Source: Octopus sinensis (Eukaryota). From it: a stretch of DNA of 64,000 bases. The notes beneath the pieces are model-generated. The model did not search any database. It was given only the letters and a program-made list of their open reading frames with translations, and was not told the origin of the DNA. Within the stretch, counting starts at the first letter, position 1. The number at the start of each line of letters is the position of its first letter. Of this stretch, positions 27,950 through 41,144 are shown piece after piece. Made by a program: the position numbers and the translations under genes. Location: assembly GCF_006345805.1 (NCBI RefSeq), contig NW_021832418.1, positions 38,154 through 102,153 of the forward strand. Reading direction: 5' to 3'.

Positions 27950-28290
27950 AGGTATGTAGAAAAATACAACATGGACAAGAACGTATAACTCTTAGAAGAC
28001 GATACAATAAACACGGACAGGACATTCGAAACCCTCAGTCTTCAGTCAAGAACCGGATCATCGTAGTAATTTCGGCTGATTAATCTTGAGATTACTAGAT
28101 CACGGCCAGCCCTCCAAGAAAAACTAAGCAACGAGCATTAGAAAAACTAAGCTGGGAGCGTAGATTTCCTGGAAGAAGGATCGAATGCATACGGACACCA
28201 GGACAGCAAAAGGGACGAATATAAAAAAACAAAAAAATAATGGAATACAGAAACATGAAATACAGAAGCATTAACGGTATATATATATAA
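27948..28290. mobile_element. Interspersed repeat family F (possibly Penelope-derived), after (TA)n
   Basis: Similar to the reverse complement of 58620-58775 and, more weakly, to 17275-17430. Confidence 0.5.
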
Positions 28291-28514
28291 ACATGCATTT
28301 ATATAAACATGCATTTATATGTGTTAATTTATGCAAAAGGCAGTGCTCCAGCATGGCTGCAACCAAATGACTTACACAAATAAAAGAAAAAAATATATGT
28401 ATGTGTATGTCCACATGGATCTATGAATCTATCTATTTCTTTTGTCTCCTTCGCTCTACGTCTGTCTGTTTATCTGTTGTCTGTCAGACAAACAGGTATA
28501 CATATATAACCCTT

Positions 28515-28902
28515 GGATATCGAAGCACTCCGTCGGTTACGACGATGAGGGTTCCGGTTGATCCGATCAACGGAACAGCCTGCTCGTGAAATTAACGTGT
28601 AAGTGGCTGAGCACTCCACAGACACGTGTACCCTTAACGTAGTTCTCGGGGATATTCTGCGTGACACAGAGAGTGACAAGGCCGGCCCTTTGAAATACAG
28701 GTACAACAGAAACAGGAAGTAAGAGTGAGAGAAAGTTGTGGTGAAAGAGTACAGCAGGGATCACCACCATCCCCTGCCGGAGCCTCGTGTAGCTTTAGGT
28801 GTTTTCGCTCAATAAACACTCACAACGCCCGGTCTGGGAATCGAAACCACGATCCTACGACCGCGAGTCCGCTGCCCTAACCACTGGGCCATTGCGCCTC
28901 CA
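28515..28902 (-). mobile_element. tRNA-derived SINE (head B plus tail X) with a 16-bp TSD
   Basis: Head GGAGGCGCAATGGCCCAGTGGTTAGG...GGTTTCGATTCCC. TSD TACATATATAACCCTT at 28499-28514 and 28903-28918. Confidence 0.9.
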
Positions 28903-29404
28903 TACATATATAACCCTTAGAACCGCAAGAAAGCACATTTTCATATACTGACAAGGGAAATAACCGCCTCACATCGAAGCTAGAATACTAAGACTAGACT
29001 AGTTTCGTTTGAAAATTACAAGCCCATTAGTAGTGACTACTCCATCGCTGGACGATTTGGCTGAATCCTGACTGTGAGTGTATATATTTACCATATGAAT
29101 CTATGGCTGATTCAGCAAAATGCTAATTTGAAAATTATTATCCCCCCCCCCCAAAAAAAAAAGAACAAACAAACCAAGGCAGCTATATTCAATATAACAA
29201 TGTGGTTTCTTGCGTCTCTAAGGGATTTTAAACTATTATTTCTGGTAATATATATCTTACCCTGCACCTTAGTGATAACTGAATTTTTCCGTTTTGGTTT
29301 TATATTGCGTTTAGCTGAAAACAGTTACTTCCTTCATTGTTCCCATACGTACAGTTTCATCTCTTAGTGGCTTGTACACCTGCAAGCATATACATTCACT
29401 AAAA

Positions 29405-29605
29405 GATTCAGTAATCATTTTGAGTTCTTCGTTTTACGCTTGTATGGGGATATCTATGATCTTGGTTTTCTTCATCAGTTTATCAACGACAGCAATGTCT
29501 GGTCTCCGAGTATTAATCGATGAATTACACTGGATTGTAAAATCTCACAAGAGCTTATACTCATTTTACTCGGTAACGCCCTCTGGTTTATACTCGTACC
29601 CTTTC
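29405..29605 (-). pseudogene. RLE endonuclease fragment (R4/NeSL-type non-LTR)
   Basis: YEYKPEGVTE..YKLL*DFTIQC..RRPDIAVVDK..KIIDI. Confidence 0.75.
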
Positions 29606-29689
29606 AATGTGCTTTCAAAACCAGTACTTATCATTATTATTATTTATTCAGTTAACTTCTGGTTTATCTATGTCCTCTCTCAGCTCTAT

Positions 29690-30130
29690 CCCACAACTTA
29701 GAGACGTCAGATTTTCCTCAGCACATGACCCGCTCCAAGTATTGCTGCCAAGTGAACACTTCCTAAGAAGTTTGGTACTTGCAGCTTTTGATGTCAGAAT
29801 ATTGCTCTCTTTGAGATGGTCCCAAAGTGCACCGAGGGCAATAGGTACCAAATTCACTTTTGAGGTTCTATGGATTCTTTTCACTTCCAGTCCTAGATTT
29901 TGTTTCTTCTCGACTTCCTCATCTTATATCTTAACAATATTCTGGTCTGCAGGTATAGCAACATTAATGAAGATCCATTCTTTGGAATCCTTCATTCTTA
30001 CCACAAATATTCGTAGAGTAATTGCAATTGATAGCGTATTCCTGAATGTAGTTGAAAGGACTCTCAAGGTTCAAGTTTGCTGCGAAGTAGGCTGTGTCAC
30101 TGCCGCATGTACTGACGGAATTTCATTTCC
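29690..30130 (-). pseudogene. RLE endonuclease C-terminal fragment (R4/NeSL-type non-LTR)
   Basis: INVAIPADQNIVK..LGLEVKRIH..VPIALGALGTIS. Confidence 0.75.
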
Positions 30131-30568
30131 AGATAATGCACAGTCATGTATATGTTCTTTGTAGTTTATAATGATTTATTGTGGAGAGATTAGGGTCAAA
30201 GGTAGAACAGACATAATGCTTTGCAGAATTTAGTGTCATCTCTTTAAGTTTTGAGTTCAAATTATGCTGTAGTTACTTTGTTATACTTCCGTAGTTACTA
30301 AGATTAGATGATGATGATAATGATGATTGTGGTGATAATGGTGATGATGGTAATGATGGAGATGGTGACACCGTGTCGGTGTAAATTACATTGCACAAGA
30401 TCTAACTACTACATCAAAAAGGTTTTAATTTTGTGCCGATGTTAGAAATTATTATTAATTGACCGTTTGTTTCTCGATTCGATTTGTTGCTGTCATCCAA
30501 GTTACAAGATGTTTATCCACTACATGAAAGTGGTATATATAAATATGTGTGTGTATGTGTGTGTGTGT

Positions 30569-30603
<35 letters not shown>

Positions 30604-30618
30604 ATATTCTATCATTCT

Positions 30619-30839
30619 CTTATTCTTTTACTTGTTTCAATCATTTGACTGTGGCCATGCTGGAGCACCGCCTTTAGTCAAAGGAATTTAACCCAGAACT
30701 TATTCTTTGTAAGCCTAGTACTTATTCTATCGGTTCTCTTTTACGGAACTGCTAAGTTACGGGGACGCAAACACACTAACATCGGATGTCAAGCAAGGGT
30801 AGGAGACAAACACAGATGGACATAAAAATATATACATAC

Positions 30840-30883
<44 letters not shown>

Positions 30884-31023
30884 GACGGGCTTCTTTCAGT
30901 TTCCGTCTACCAAATCCACTCACAAGGCTTTGCTCGGCCTGACGTTATAGTAAAAGACACTTGCTCGAGGTACTACGCAGTGGGACTGAACCCAGAACCA
31001 TGTGGTTGGGAAGCAAGTTTCTT
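30619..31023 (-). mobile_element. Family A SINE body lacking its first ~20 nt
   Basis: The minus strand starts at AAGAAACTTGCTTCCCAACCACATGG. The missing head is at 33188-33207. Confidence 0.85.
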
Positions 31024-33187
31024 TATTTCATTATATTGACCATAAAGGCCTTACATAGAGAAAGGAAGCTGCGGGCTATACACAAACATAATGTTATATG
31101 AAATGAAAAATGAAACTGATGATTAATGGGGAAAAAAGTGATGCCCGCCGATCGTTCTTCTCGAGAACATTGATCTTTATATTATTGATGAGGCAGCAAA
31201 CCTCTTATATTGTTAACAATATTCAACGACAAAATGAGGCACTAAGTCTCTTACTTTATTTTCCAAACTAGAAACTTTCAATAACACTGAGGCTTTTCAA
31301 TCTCTTACCCATATTCCTCCCAAACATCGCTTGTGACCTGATTCTCCGCCATCACCCACGCTCATTCAAGCACAAAGCAAGTGCCGTGTCGGCGTCGCCC
31401 GGCCACAAGCGATATTCCTCATCGAGTCCCTCCAGCCTACGCAACACGGGCAACGTTATGACCCCCACAGCTATCTGCGGGGGGCCATTCGGGATCCCGT
31501 GTGCAAGCTAAAGGTACTCCCTTATGGTGCATTCCCAACACTTTCTCCACCCTCCGTCTCTGTAGAAGAAGACCAATAATTCGTCTTCCTTCGGGGACGA
31601 GGTAGTCACTTCTACTGTCTGCTGCGCAGTTCCCACCGACGGTGTCTCTTCCCCTGCCGGTGGCACAACCTCCATCGACGAGGTTCCGGGACATTCCGGT
31701 ACTATATCACCGACTGCCGGCAATGTCCCGTTTCTCTTCTTTTCTTCTTCGCAACTGTGGAAGGGTGCGTCTCCTCATTGACCGGGAGTTTGCCTCATGC
31801 CTAGGATCCTTCGGTGAGCACCTATTGTTGCTCGCCTTCTTCGTCTTGCCACCCTTCTTTGAGGAGTCTTCCGCCTCCCCGGCCGCCTTCGTTCCCTCTT
31901 CTACAGAGGTCTCAAGCAACTGCTCCAGGACCTTACTTTGTTCCTGGGGACAGTTTTTCTGTATATGGCCAGGCTCCAGGCACCGATGACACTTGGGGGG
32001 GGGGGACACCCTCAAGATTCACCGAGTACCTGCACCTGGACATTTTCAAAAAATTTGGAAACACCAGACTTTTGGCTGATTGGGCCCACAGGGTCAAAAC
32101 CGCTTTTGACTCCATCCAATCAGCTGCTGGTAAGATTTTTACATTGAGGAGCTTGACTCTGCCACCACCCAGACCCCGGCGGATACTGACCTCTATTCAC
32201 TCGGGTTCTATTCCGGGTGGCAAACCACAGACCCAAGCCCTCGTGAACTTCTTCCCACAATACGTGGGAAGAAACAAAATCTCTCTGCCCTCCAAGGGCT
32301 GGCTCGCAAATTTGCGAGCCTCCTCAGGAGTGTCAAATAGCAATCATGCTGTTACATATTTGACCCAACTGGAGATGAATTTAATAGTTGGCGGATACTC
32401 TGCCAACTCCCTTTCAATAACATTCTTTTGAAATAGGGAGATGGTGTCGAGCGACTTGGAGTAAGTCCTCAACACCACAGTCCTCTCTCCACAGTCTTTC
32501 AACTACTGTTTGGGTGGGACAATTTCCCACTCCAAAACGTTGTCCTTGTTCTTTGGCATGTTTTTTTAAAACACAAAGTTCAAACACAGTTCATGATAAA
32601 AATTTATAAAAAGGAAATAAAAGAAATCAAAAGAAAATCTCAACAAAAGGAAGGAAGAAAAAAAGAAAACAGTTCAATAAAAAGAAAGTCACAAATAAAA
32701 GATAGAAGAAGAAAAGAAAACAGTCTACAGTTCAAAAAAAAAACAGCAAGCAAAGAATCTTCTGGCCACAAGGTAATCCAGGACTACTTGGTACTCAAAT
32801 TTGAACCCGGGACGCCACAACGTGGAACACAGCTTTCATAAAAATTGGTAAAAGAAGTTGTATCATCTAAATTCTCAATTTTTGAAAAAAACTATTCACT
32901 AAAAGTGAACAACTTTTTGGAAGCAAAATACGCCTCCAAACAAAACAATTCTCATAATTAAGTGAGAAAAACTATTCACTCAACTGCAGGCAGACCAGAG
33001 TACAGAAAGCAGTGAGGACTTCTTGTTTGTAAAAAAATAATTACGGCAAACAACAAACTCCCACTGGATCCAAAAAACAAAAGTCTTACCTTTCAGTTGA
33101 GCTTCTTTTACGATCAATTTTTCGCCCGCTGGAAACCAGCGTGACGACTTCTGTCAGTGGTACGAAGAACACTGACAACAACGCATG
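31024..33187 (-). mobile_element. ORF1-only Tx1-like element (half-L1-like), about 2.16 kb, nested in a SINE
   Basis: Hairpin-rich 5' end, ORF1 with a CCHC knuckle, about 240-bp 3' UTR ending ...AATATAATGAAATAAA. No endonuclease or RT sequence seen. Confidence 0.7.
31268..32559 (-). pseudogene. Tx1-type ORF1 with stops and frameshifts
   Basis: MPKNKDNVLEW...LLFDTPEEARKF..LPTYCGKKFTRAWVCGLPPGIEPE...KCHRCLEPGHIQKNCP. Confidence 0.8.
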
Positions 33188-33207
33188 CGCATAGCCACAC
33201 CTGCGCC
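33188..33207 (-). mobile_element. Detached 5' head of the family A SINE
   Basis: The minus strand reads (ATAG)n GGCGCAGGTGTGGCTATGCG, the same context as the intact copy at 57288. Confidence 0.7.
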
Positions 33208-33209
33208 TA

Positions 33210-33318
<109 letters not shown>

Positions 33319-34900
33319 GTCTGTCTGTCTGTGTATGTATGCATGCATCTATCTATCTATCTATCTATTTATACATATATATATATATAAATGCAAATAT
33401 TTACAACGTGCGACATTCATACGTACATTCGCACGCATACACACAAGCATATACATGCAGAAATATACACCCTAGAAGCCATACAGACGCACAGCTACAG
33501 ACATACCCACCTAAGCATATGTATACAAAAATACACATTGCAAGGCATACACACACATACATCAGCATATACATACAAAAATATATACACTGCGAGACAT
33601 ACGCACGCACAGCCACACACATACACACATGAGCACATACAAACAAAATTAACACTGTACGAGACATATGCGTGCGCATCTGCATACATAGACATGTAAG
33701 CACATACACAAACAAATGTACACACTGCAGGACGTATAGATATAACTACACACATATACACAGGAGCATAAGCATGTCCATACACACACAAGCATATACA
33801 AATATACGCACGCAGACTTATACACGCTCAGTTACATAAACATATACATAGATAAATATACGTTCTGAGAAACATATAAACGCCCAACTACACACATGCG
33901 CATATAAAGACACATAGATACATGCAAATATACACACACAAACATACACGCACTCAGACACACAAGCACACACATATATACACAACTACACACACATGTT
34001 TTCACATAATTACTAAAACAATAACTACAACAACATTTACAACAACAGTCACACCAAAAATCCCTGCCATATCTCAAGAGTTGTCACGTTACATTATTCC
34101 ATAAATAGCTATGCTATAAATCTACTTCCGGAAACAGCAATAATAACAGCAACAACAACAACAGCAGCAACAGTGGCTGCAGCAATAGAATAAACAGTGA
34201 GAACAATCATAGCAAATAGCAACAAGATGAAGAAAAACAAAACAAAAAACAACAACAACAATAGCAGCTTCAGCTGCATCAACAATTGAAATCTGGACCA
34301 AAAGAGAAAGATATATTTTTATCCTGCATCCTCATGACGTCACGACGCTAAATTTTGGCTCGGTTCTTCATGAGAAAGCGAAACGTACAGAGAACAAAAC
34401 GTCTGTCAGATGGAGTTTCGCTATAATGGCGGACTGTTGTTTATCTGACAACATGGCTGACTTTGCATTAAATGAGTTTTCTCTCGCCTGCCAACAAAAC
34501 AAACGGTCAACAAACACACACACGCACGAACACACACACATACACACACACACATACACACGCACACACACACACACACGGAAAACACGAAACACAAAAA
34601 ACAAATAAAAGGAAAAACAACAGGACTTGGACGTTAAAATAAGAAAAAGCAAAAAAAAAATGCTGAAAAGTTTTGTTTTTATCTTTCTCTCTTTCCCTGC
34701 TCTCCCTCTGTCTCTATGTCTCTCTCTTTCCATGGTCTTTCTTTCTTTGTTATCTTCCTCTCTCTCCCCTTCTCTCTCTATCTCTATCCTTTTTTCAACA
34801 AACAATCATATACACATACATATATGTTTATATACATATCCATAAATACTGACAAACACACACACGTGCGTATAACTAAACAAGACTGTGTGTGTGTGTT

Positions 34901-34942
<42 letters not shown>

Positions 34943-35083
34943 TACATGCATGTGTGTTTATTTGCATGCGTGTGTGCAAATTTGGGTGTTAATAAACACT
35001 GTTAACTCCTGTATGCGTTGCAGTTCATCCCCATTCGCTTGTGCATCTACCTACATATGTATGAACTCTGACATTCCAAATTA

Positions 35084-35725
35084 TTGAAGGATTTACTACC
35101 AAAAGCCCTACCATACATCTCCGCACACAACCCTCTTAACAATGAAGCCTTCGACATCATCCTCCAAAACATTCCCCGACTAAAAAGGGGCCACATAATG
35201 TATTTTATTCTCCAAACCCACAGCATCATAAAAAGCAAGAGAGAGCCCAAATCTATGAAAAGTCCCCGAACACAAGCCCGAATACGCTCAACAACAACAC
35301 AGAAGCCGTCATTAAAATAAAGCGGAAGACCTAACTGTGGTATATGCGTCAATCTAATTGAGGGATCAGAGTTCCCTTTCAAACAGGGTCAACGTTTCAC
35401 AGTGAAGAGCAACTTCACATGTGCTTCGGAGAACCTGATATACCTATTAGCCTGCTCTAGGTGTCGAACGCAATACATAGGCCAAGCAAAAACAGTCTAC
35501 GTCAAAGGATGGCTCTGCATAGATCCCAGATCAAAATCCTGAAAAGCAGAAAAATAGCATTCAGCGAACACATCGACATTTGCGCCAATAACAAATAACA
35601 AGCTTCAGAATCTGTCCCGTCTATCAATTCAGGGACGATACAACCTGTAGTCAGCGTATTAGTAAAGAATCATTCTTTATCACGAAATACCAACCCCTTT
35701 TGAATGCATCCATAACAAATGACAC
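35084..35725 (+). pseudogene. Penelope-like element C-terminus with GIY-YIG endonuclease, frameshifted
   Basis: RPNCGIC..FTVKSNFTCASENLIYLLACSRCRTQYIGQ, LRQRMALHRSQI, KESFFITKYQPLLN. Confidence 0.9.
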
Positions 35726-36139
35726 TGTCACCAGGGCCTTAGAAGAACACCCACGCAAATATTAAAAGCGATATATTCAAAGGAGTCATCTAAAGAATTT
35801 ATTCAGAACGATTTCAATCACTACTATCTTCCACAACGAGTCACTTTTAGGTCACTTGACCATTTAAGTGGATTCCATAAACATTCCCGTCTTTGTAAAA
35901 ACATTTGGGCTCAATCCGTCTCTCGCTTCAACATCAGTACCTGGTCCTCATTGGGTGCCTTTCTGCGACGTGCAAACGTTCAAGTGAAGGCTCAGATCTA
36001 AGGATAACTTCGTTCGTTCGTTCGTTCCTTTTTTTCCTTCCTTCCTTTCTTCCTTTTCACCTCTCTTTCTCACATCAGTTTCAGAGGTTATGAAAAAAAA
36101 AACGAAGGTCGTATGTGTTGCCCCCATGTCTTAGGCGCA

Positions 36140-37005
36140 TGTTGCTATTTCTCTTCTCGTAAACCCTTAATCATAGATCAACATTTCCTTTCCCTTTGAA
36201 AACACCTTAAAATCATAGATCACCATTTCGCTTCCCTTGGTAAACCTAAATCCTTATTAAACACAGGCTCCCATTTCTCTTATTCCTGTGAACCACAGGT
36301 CACCATTTCCATTGTCTTAGTAAACCTCAAAACAGTTACTATTTCCCTTCTGTTGGTAAACCCTTAAACATATATCATTATTTCCTCCCTCTTTGTGATC
36401 TCTTATAAATTACAGTTCACCATCTCCCTTTTCGTAAACTCTTAACCATAGATTACTGTTTCATCTCTTCTTAGTAAATCCTTATTAAACAGAGATCACC
36501 ATAACTCCTTTCTTTATATACCTTTAAACACTGTTCACCAATTTTCCTGTCTTCAGTAAACTCTTAAACCACAATTTCCCATTTCTCTTTTCTCACCTTA
36601 ATAACATTTGCCCACTTCTCTTCCCCTAGTTAGCTCTGAACCAGAAACCACCGCTTCCATTTTCCTTGTAAATCTTAACCACTGACGGCCATGACCCATT
36701 CCTCAGTTTGATCGCAACTACCCTTCTCTTGGTATATCCTCAGTCACAGGTCACCATGTTCCTTCCTTTGTAAACCGTTACTAACTAGAGAATACCACTT
36801 CCCTTCTCTTAGTAAACTCCTTAATCACAGATCGCTATTTTACTTCTTCTAGCAAGCCTTAAGCTACAGGTCAACATATTCTGTTCTAAACCCTCATTAA
36901 GCAAACGTCACCATTTCCCTCCTCTTGGTAAACTCTTAACTGCAGATCATCATTACTCTGAATAAGCCTTTAGCTTCCTACCACTACTCTCCCATGCTTA
37001 AACCC
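36140..37005. repeat. Degenerate minisatellite, unit about 38-40 bp
   Basis: Recurring CAGATCACCATTTCCCTT..TTAGTAAAC(T/C)CTTAA, roughly 20 diverged copies. Confidence 0.75.
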
Positions 37006-37599
37006 CCTTTCTAGAGGTCATCATTCACCCACGCTGAGTCTATCTCTGTCTCTGTCTATCTGTTTCTCTCTCTTTCGCTCTCTCTGAGAAACACACAAAC
37101 AAATGCAGAAACACAGAAGAAACAAAATCAGAATAATCTAGAAACGATTTAATTCCACTTGGAAAATTAAATGGATTTTTGGTGTTGCATTACAGCAGAA
37201 TATTGCACTTGCTAATGCAGTATGTTGCAGATGCACACAAATACGTGCATGGGAATATGTGCTCGTATGCGTGCATATACGCACAAAGTCACAAAAGCAT
37301 GGATACATGTATGTGTGGATGTAAGTCTGAGCGCGTGTATGCATTTGTGTATATTTTTCTATGTGTGTGTTTGCATTCCCGTTGTGTGTGCACGTGTATG
37401 TGCATATGGGAGCGGCGGGCATATGCATGTAAATGTGTATATATGCGTATATGTGTTTGTGCGTCGACGTGTATATATTTGCTGGGTACTGTGTTAAGTT
37501 GTGGTGGAGAGGACGATAACAGACAACCTGCCCATGTGTCTCTATTTTCTACATTATCATAATTAGAAATCATATGTTACCATGAAAATATTATTATTA

Positions 37600-37675
<76 letters not shown>

Positions 37676-38212
37676 CATAATAGTATTAATAATAATTATT
37701 ATTGTAATTATTGTTATAACTATTATCATTATTATTATTGTTGTTGTTATCATTATTACTGCAATTATTATTATAATTATTATCGTTATTTTTATTATTA
37801 TTGTTGCTGATGTTATTATTATTATCATTGTTATTATTATTATATTTGTTCTTCATTTTGTTTATCATTTGGCGTAAATTTTTCATTATTCTGTTTTATT
37901 CTATTTTAATTTCTCTGTATCTGAATGCTATTTCTTTCAAATCCTACCACGTCCTTCCCCACTCAGCACCACTCTGTCCCATTCCACACCAATCTATACC
38001 ACATCACTTCATTGCATTTTCTCTCACTACTTGGCCGCTACCACCATGATCCCCCCCCATCTCCGCCATCTTGTAGTCTGATCTGTACGACGACTTGTAA
38101 TCGGCTTAACACTCACGTAAGATTAACGAGATAATCCGACTAGTTTTCCTGAAACATGCAACTGATCATCACAGCAACAATACCGGCTTCATTTCCACCT
38201 ACACCTCATATG

Positions 38213-38305
<93 letters not shown>

Positions 38306-38317
38306 TAATAATAATAA

Positions 38318-38882
38318 TCCTTTCTAATATAGGCGCAAGAACTGAAATTTTTGGGGAGGGGATGGTCAACTAGATCGACCCTAGTACTCAATTCGTACTT
38401 AATTTATCGACCCCGAAAGAAAGAAAAGCAAAGTCGACCTCAGCGGAATTTGAACTCAAAATGCGTCCAGCGCGGTAACGACACTGCCAGCTCATCGACT
38501 TAATAATAGTAATAATCCTTTCTACTAAAGTTACAAGGTCTAACATTTGTGTATGTGTGTGTGCGGAGGGGACTAGTCGATTACATCTGTTCCAGTGTTT
38601 CCGAAAGGAGGAAAGGCAAAGTCGAACTTAGAAAATAGCGGTAGACGAAATACCTATTTCTTTACTACCCACAAGGGGCTAAACACAGAGGGGACAAACA
38701 AGGACAGACAAACGGATTAAGTCGATTATATCGACCCCAGTGCTTAACTGGTACTTATTTAATCGACCCCGAAAAGATGAAAGGCAAAGTCGACCTCGGC
38801 GGAATTTGAACTCAGAACGTAGCGGCACAGAACGTAGCACTTCGCTCGACGTGCTAACAATTCTGCCAGCTCGCCGCCTTGA
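38318..38882 (-). mobile_element. Three head-to-tail family G SINEs next to (AAT)n
   Basis: Copies at about 38318-38500, 38513-38650 and 38655-38882. Confidence 0.8.
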
Positions 38883-39154
38883 AATGTGAACAAAGTACTC
38901 GGTTGAGCAGGGGCAAAAGAGTTTGCCTCCTAGTCTGCCAAACTCATCAGAAAAGTACTAGATAGTTGAATTGAACAAGCAGCATGGTACTGTAAGCAAG
39001 CCGCAGGTAGGAAACATACAATTCATGCAGGTTTCCAGGAGTTCCGACAAAACCCGAGTTCAAAGAGTAAAAGTAATGACCAAGAAAAGGAAGAAAACTA
39101 GATATAATTATAGAGGGCAAGATAAAGTAACAGTATAAAAGGGTATAAGACTCC

Positions 39155-39460
39155 GATCGATCATGAATGACCATGGGATTTCGCCTAGAAAGTCCCCCCC
39201 CAAGGCAAGGTTGTTTACGGAAGGCCAGTAGTCGATCATGCATTCCAGCCTCTCCTCTCCACGCCATTGATGTTATCCAAAGGAAAGGCAAAGGCCGATA
39301 CCAGCTTGGTACCAGCAACTCATTTCTTGAGCTGAGTGAACTGGGGCAACGTGAAATAAAGTGTCATGCGCAAGAACACACACACACAGCCCGGTCTGGG
39401 AAATCGAATTCACTACCTCATGATTGTGAGCTCGGCGCTCTAAGCACTGAGTCATGCGCC
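39155..39460 (-). mobile_element. tRNA-derived SINE (family C head/core plus tail Z)
   Basis: Reverse complement resembles 50604-50938. Confidence 0.8.
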
Positions 39461-39479
39461 TTGACTGAGCAATGCGCCA

Positions 39480-39740
39480 GAGAAACTGTGTAAACTCATA
39501 GATTTTGTAATTCCGTCTCATAACGGAGCCGATACCAAAGAAATTGAAAAAAATTGAGAAATTTTAGGACCTAGTCAGAGAAGTGAGGAGACTGAAGAAG
39601 GCTAAGACAACTATTGTTCCAGAGGTAATTGGTGGAATTGGTACGACACCTAAAATACTGACTGAGAGATATTGGAATCGAGACTGGCATTGGCAATCTG
39701 CAGAAGAATCCTAGGAAATGTTCATGAGAGCTGAAGAAAC
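39480..39740 (+). pseudogene. RLE-type non-LTR 3' fragment
   Basis: CKLIDFVIP..KEIEK..DLVREVRRL..IVPEVIGGIGTTPK. Confidence 0.7.
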
Positions 39741-39793
39741 ACCAAACCTCAAAATAACATTCCTGCCTTATTAAATTAGCACGTAATAAGTAA

Positions 39794-40098
39794 AGGTACG
39801 TGGCTTAGTGGTTAGGGTATTCGGCTCACGATCGTAAAGTCGTGAGTTCAATTCCCGGCGACGCGTTGTGTCCTTGAGCAAGACACTTTATTTCACGTTG
39901 CTCCAGTCCTGGCAAAAATGAGTTGCACCTGCATTTCAAAGGGCCAGCCTTGTCACGCTATGCGTCACGCTAAATTTCCCTGAAAACTAGGTTAATGGTA
40001 TACGTGTCTGTGGAGTGCTCAGCCACTTGCACATTAATTTCACGAGCAGGCTGTTCCATTGATCGGATCGATTGGAACGCTCGTCATCGTAATCGACT
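39794..40098 (+). mobile_element. tRNA-derived CORE-like SINE (family C head plus tail X)
   Basis: TGGCTTAGTGG A-box, GAGTTCAATTCCC B-box, CCTTGAGCAAGACACTT core. Confidence 0.85.
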
Positions 40099-41093
40099 GT
40101 GGAACGGTGAAAGGTTATGCATTGTATTTTAGAAAAGTTTTGCGTATTTCTACAGTTCCACTTGCAGATTGTATTTGTAAAGTGCGTGTTAGCTGGTCAG
40201 TTGCAAGGCCTGGAAACTAGTTTTACGAAGTTGTCATTTAAACATTTACTAACATAGCCAAATGCACCAATAATTATAAGTGTAAATGTGAATATTTAAT
40301 GGAAAATTTGTAGATTTCAGAGCAATTATCCGTAAATATTTTCTTTCTCAACGATTCTAGAATTAATGGTCACACCTGAAGGGCAGTTGACCTCTATAAC
40401 ACTACATCATGTTTTCTTTACTTTTCTGTCTCGAACAGCCATAGCTGATCTGTTATGTTTGCACTCAGTCGAAGTTTATATTAGATTATCTCCTTTGAGA
40501 TGAAACGTAGTTTCATATCAGAAGTAATCTTTATGTAACCCAGGGCTGTGTTTCCTGAAAGTGACATTATATATTGTTTTAGCAACATCATCCTGTAGCA
40601 TTAGAAGGTTAATGACATTTTTTAGGGCTGCTGCTGGTCACGTTTGATAATTTCTACAAATATGAATACAACAAAATTTGACATTTTTAAACGCTTCTTG
40701 TGGGTGTAAGCGTTTCAACGACCCTTTTATTAAATAGACATTTTGTTGCTATTCTTAAATTGTAAAAGTATAATCTTTAACATGCAACGTGATGCAATGG
40801 TCACAAGTCCAAGACAAGCTACAGTTCCGGCTGATATTAGTTTCTTTCTTGAGTTTTCAGGTATCAAAAGCAGCTTGTCTTTTACTATAGCTCCAGGCCG
40901 AGCAATGACTTGTGAGTGAATTTGGTAGACAGAAACTATGTAGAAGTATGTATGCATACTTATATAGACAAACTTTAACCCTCCATCCATCAATCCGTTC
41001 GTCCGTCAGTCCAACCGTCCGTCCTTCCGTACGTCTGTCTGTCCGTCTGCCTGCCTATTTGTCTGTCTGCCTATGAGTCTCTCTCTCTCTCTC

Positions 41094-41144
<51 letters not shown>

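Noticed and set aside
28830-28901. tRNA-like sequences (also at 39794, 49406, 50604, 54665)
   Set aside because: They are SINE heads: A and B boxes are present, but there is no proper acceptor stem and they continue into repeat bodies.
31814-32431. 205-aa plus-strand ORF
   Set aside because: It is the antisense shadow of the Tx1 ORF1 on the minus strand.
36140-37005. CRISPR-like periodicity
   Set aside because: Units are contiguous and degenerate, with no constant repeat plus unique spacers, no cas genes, and a eukaryotic context.
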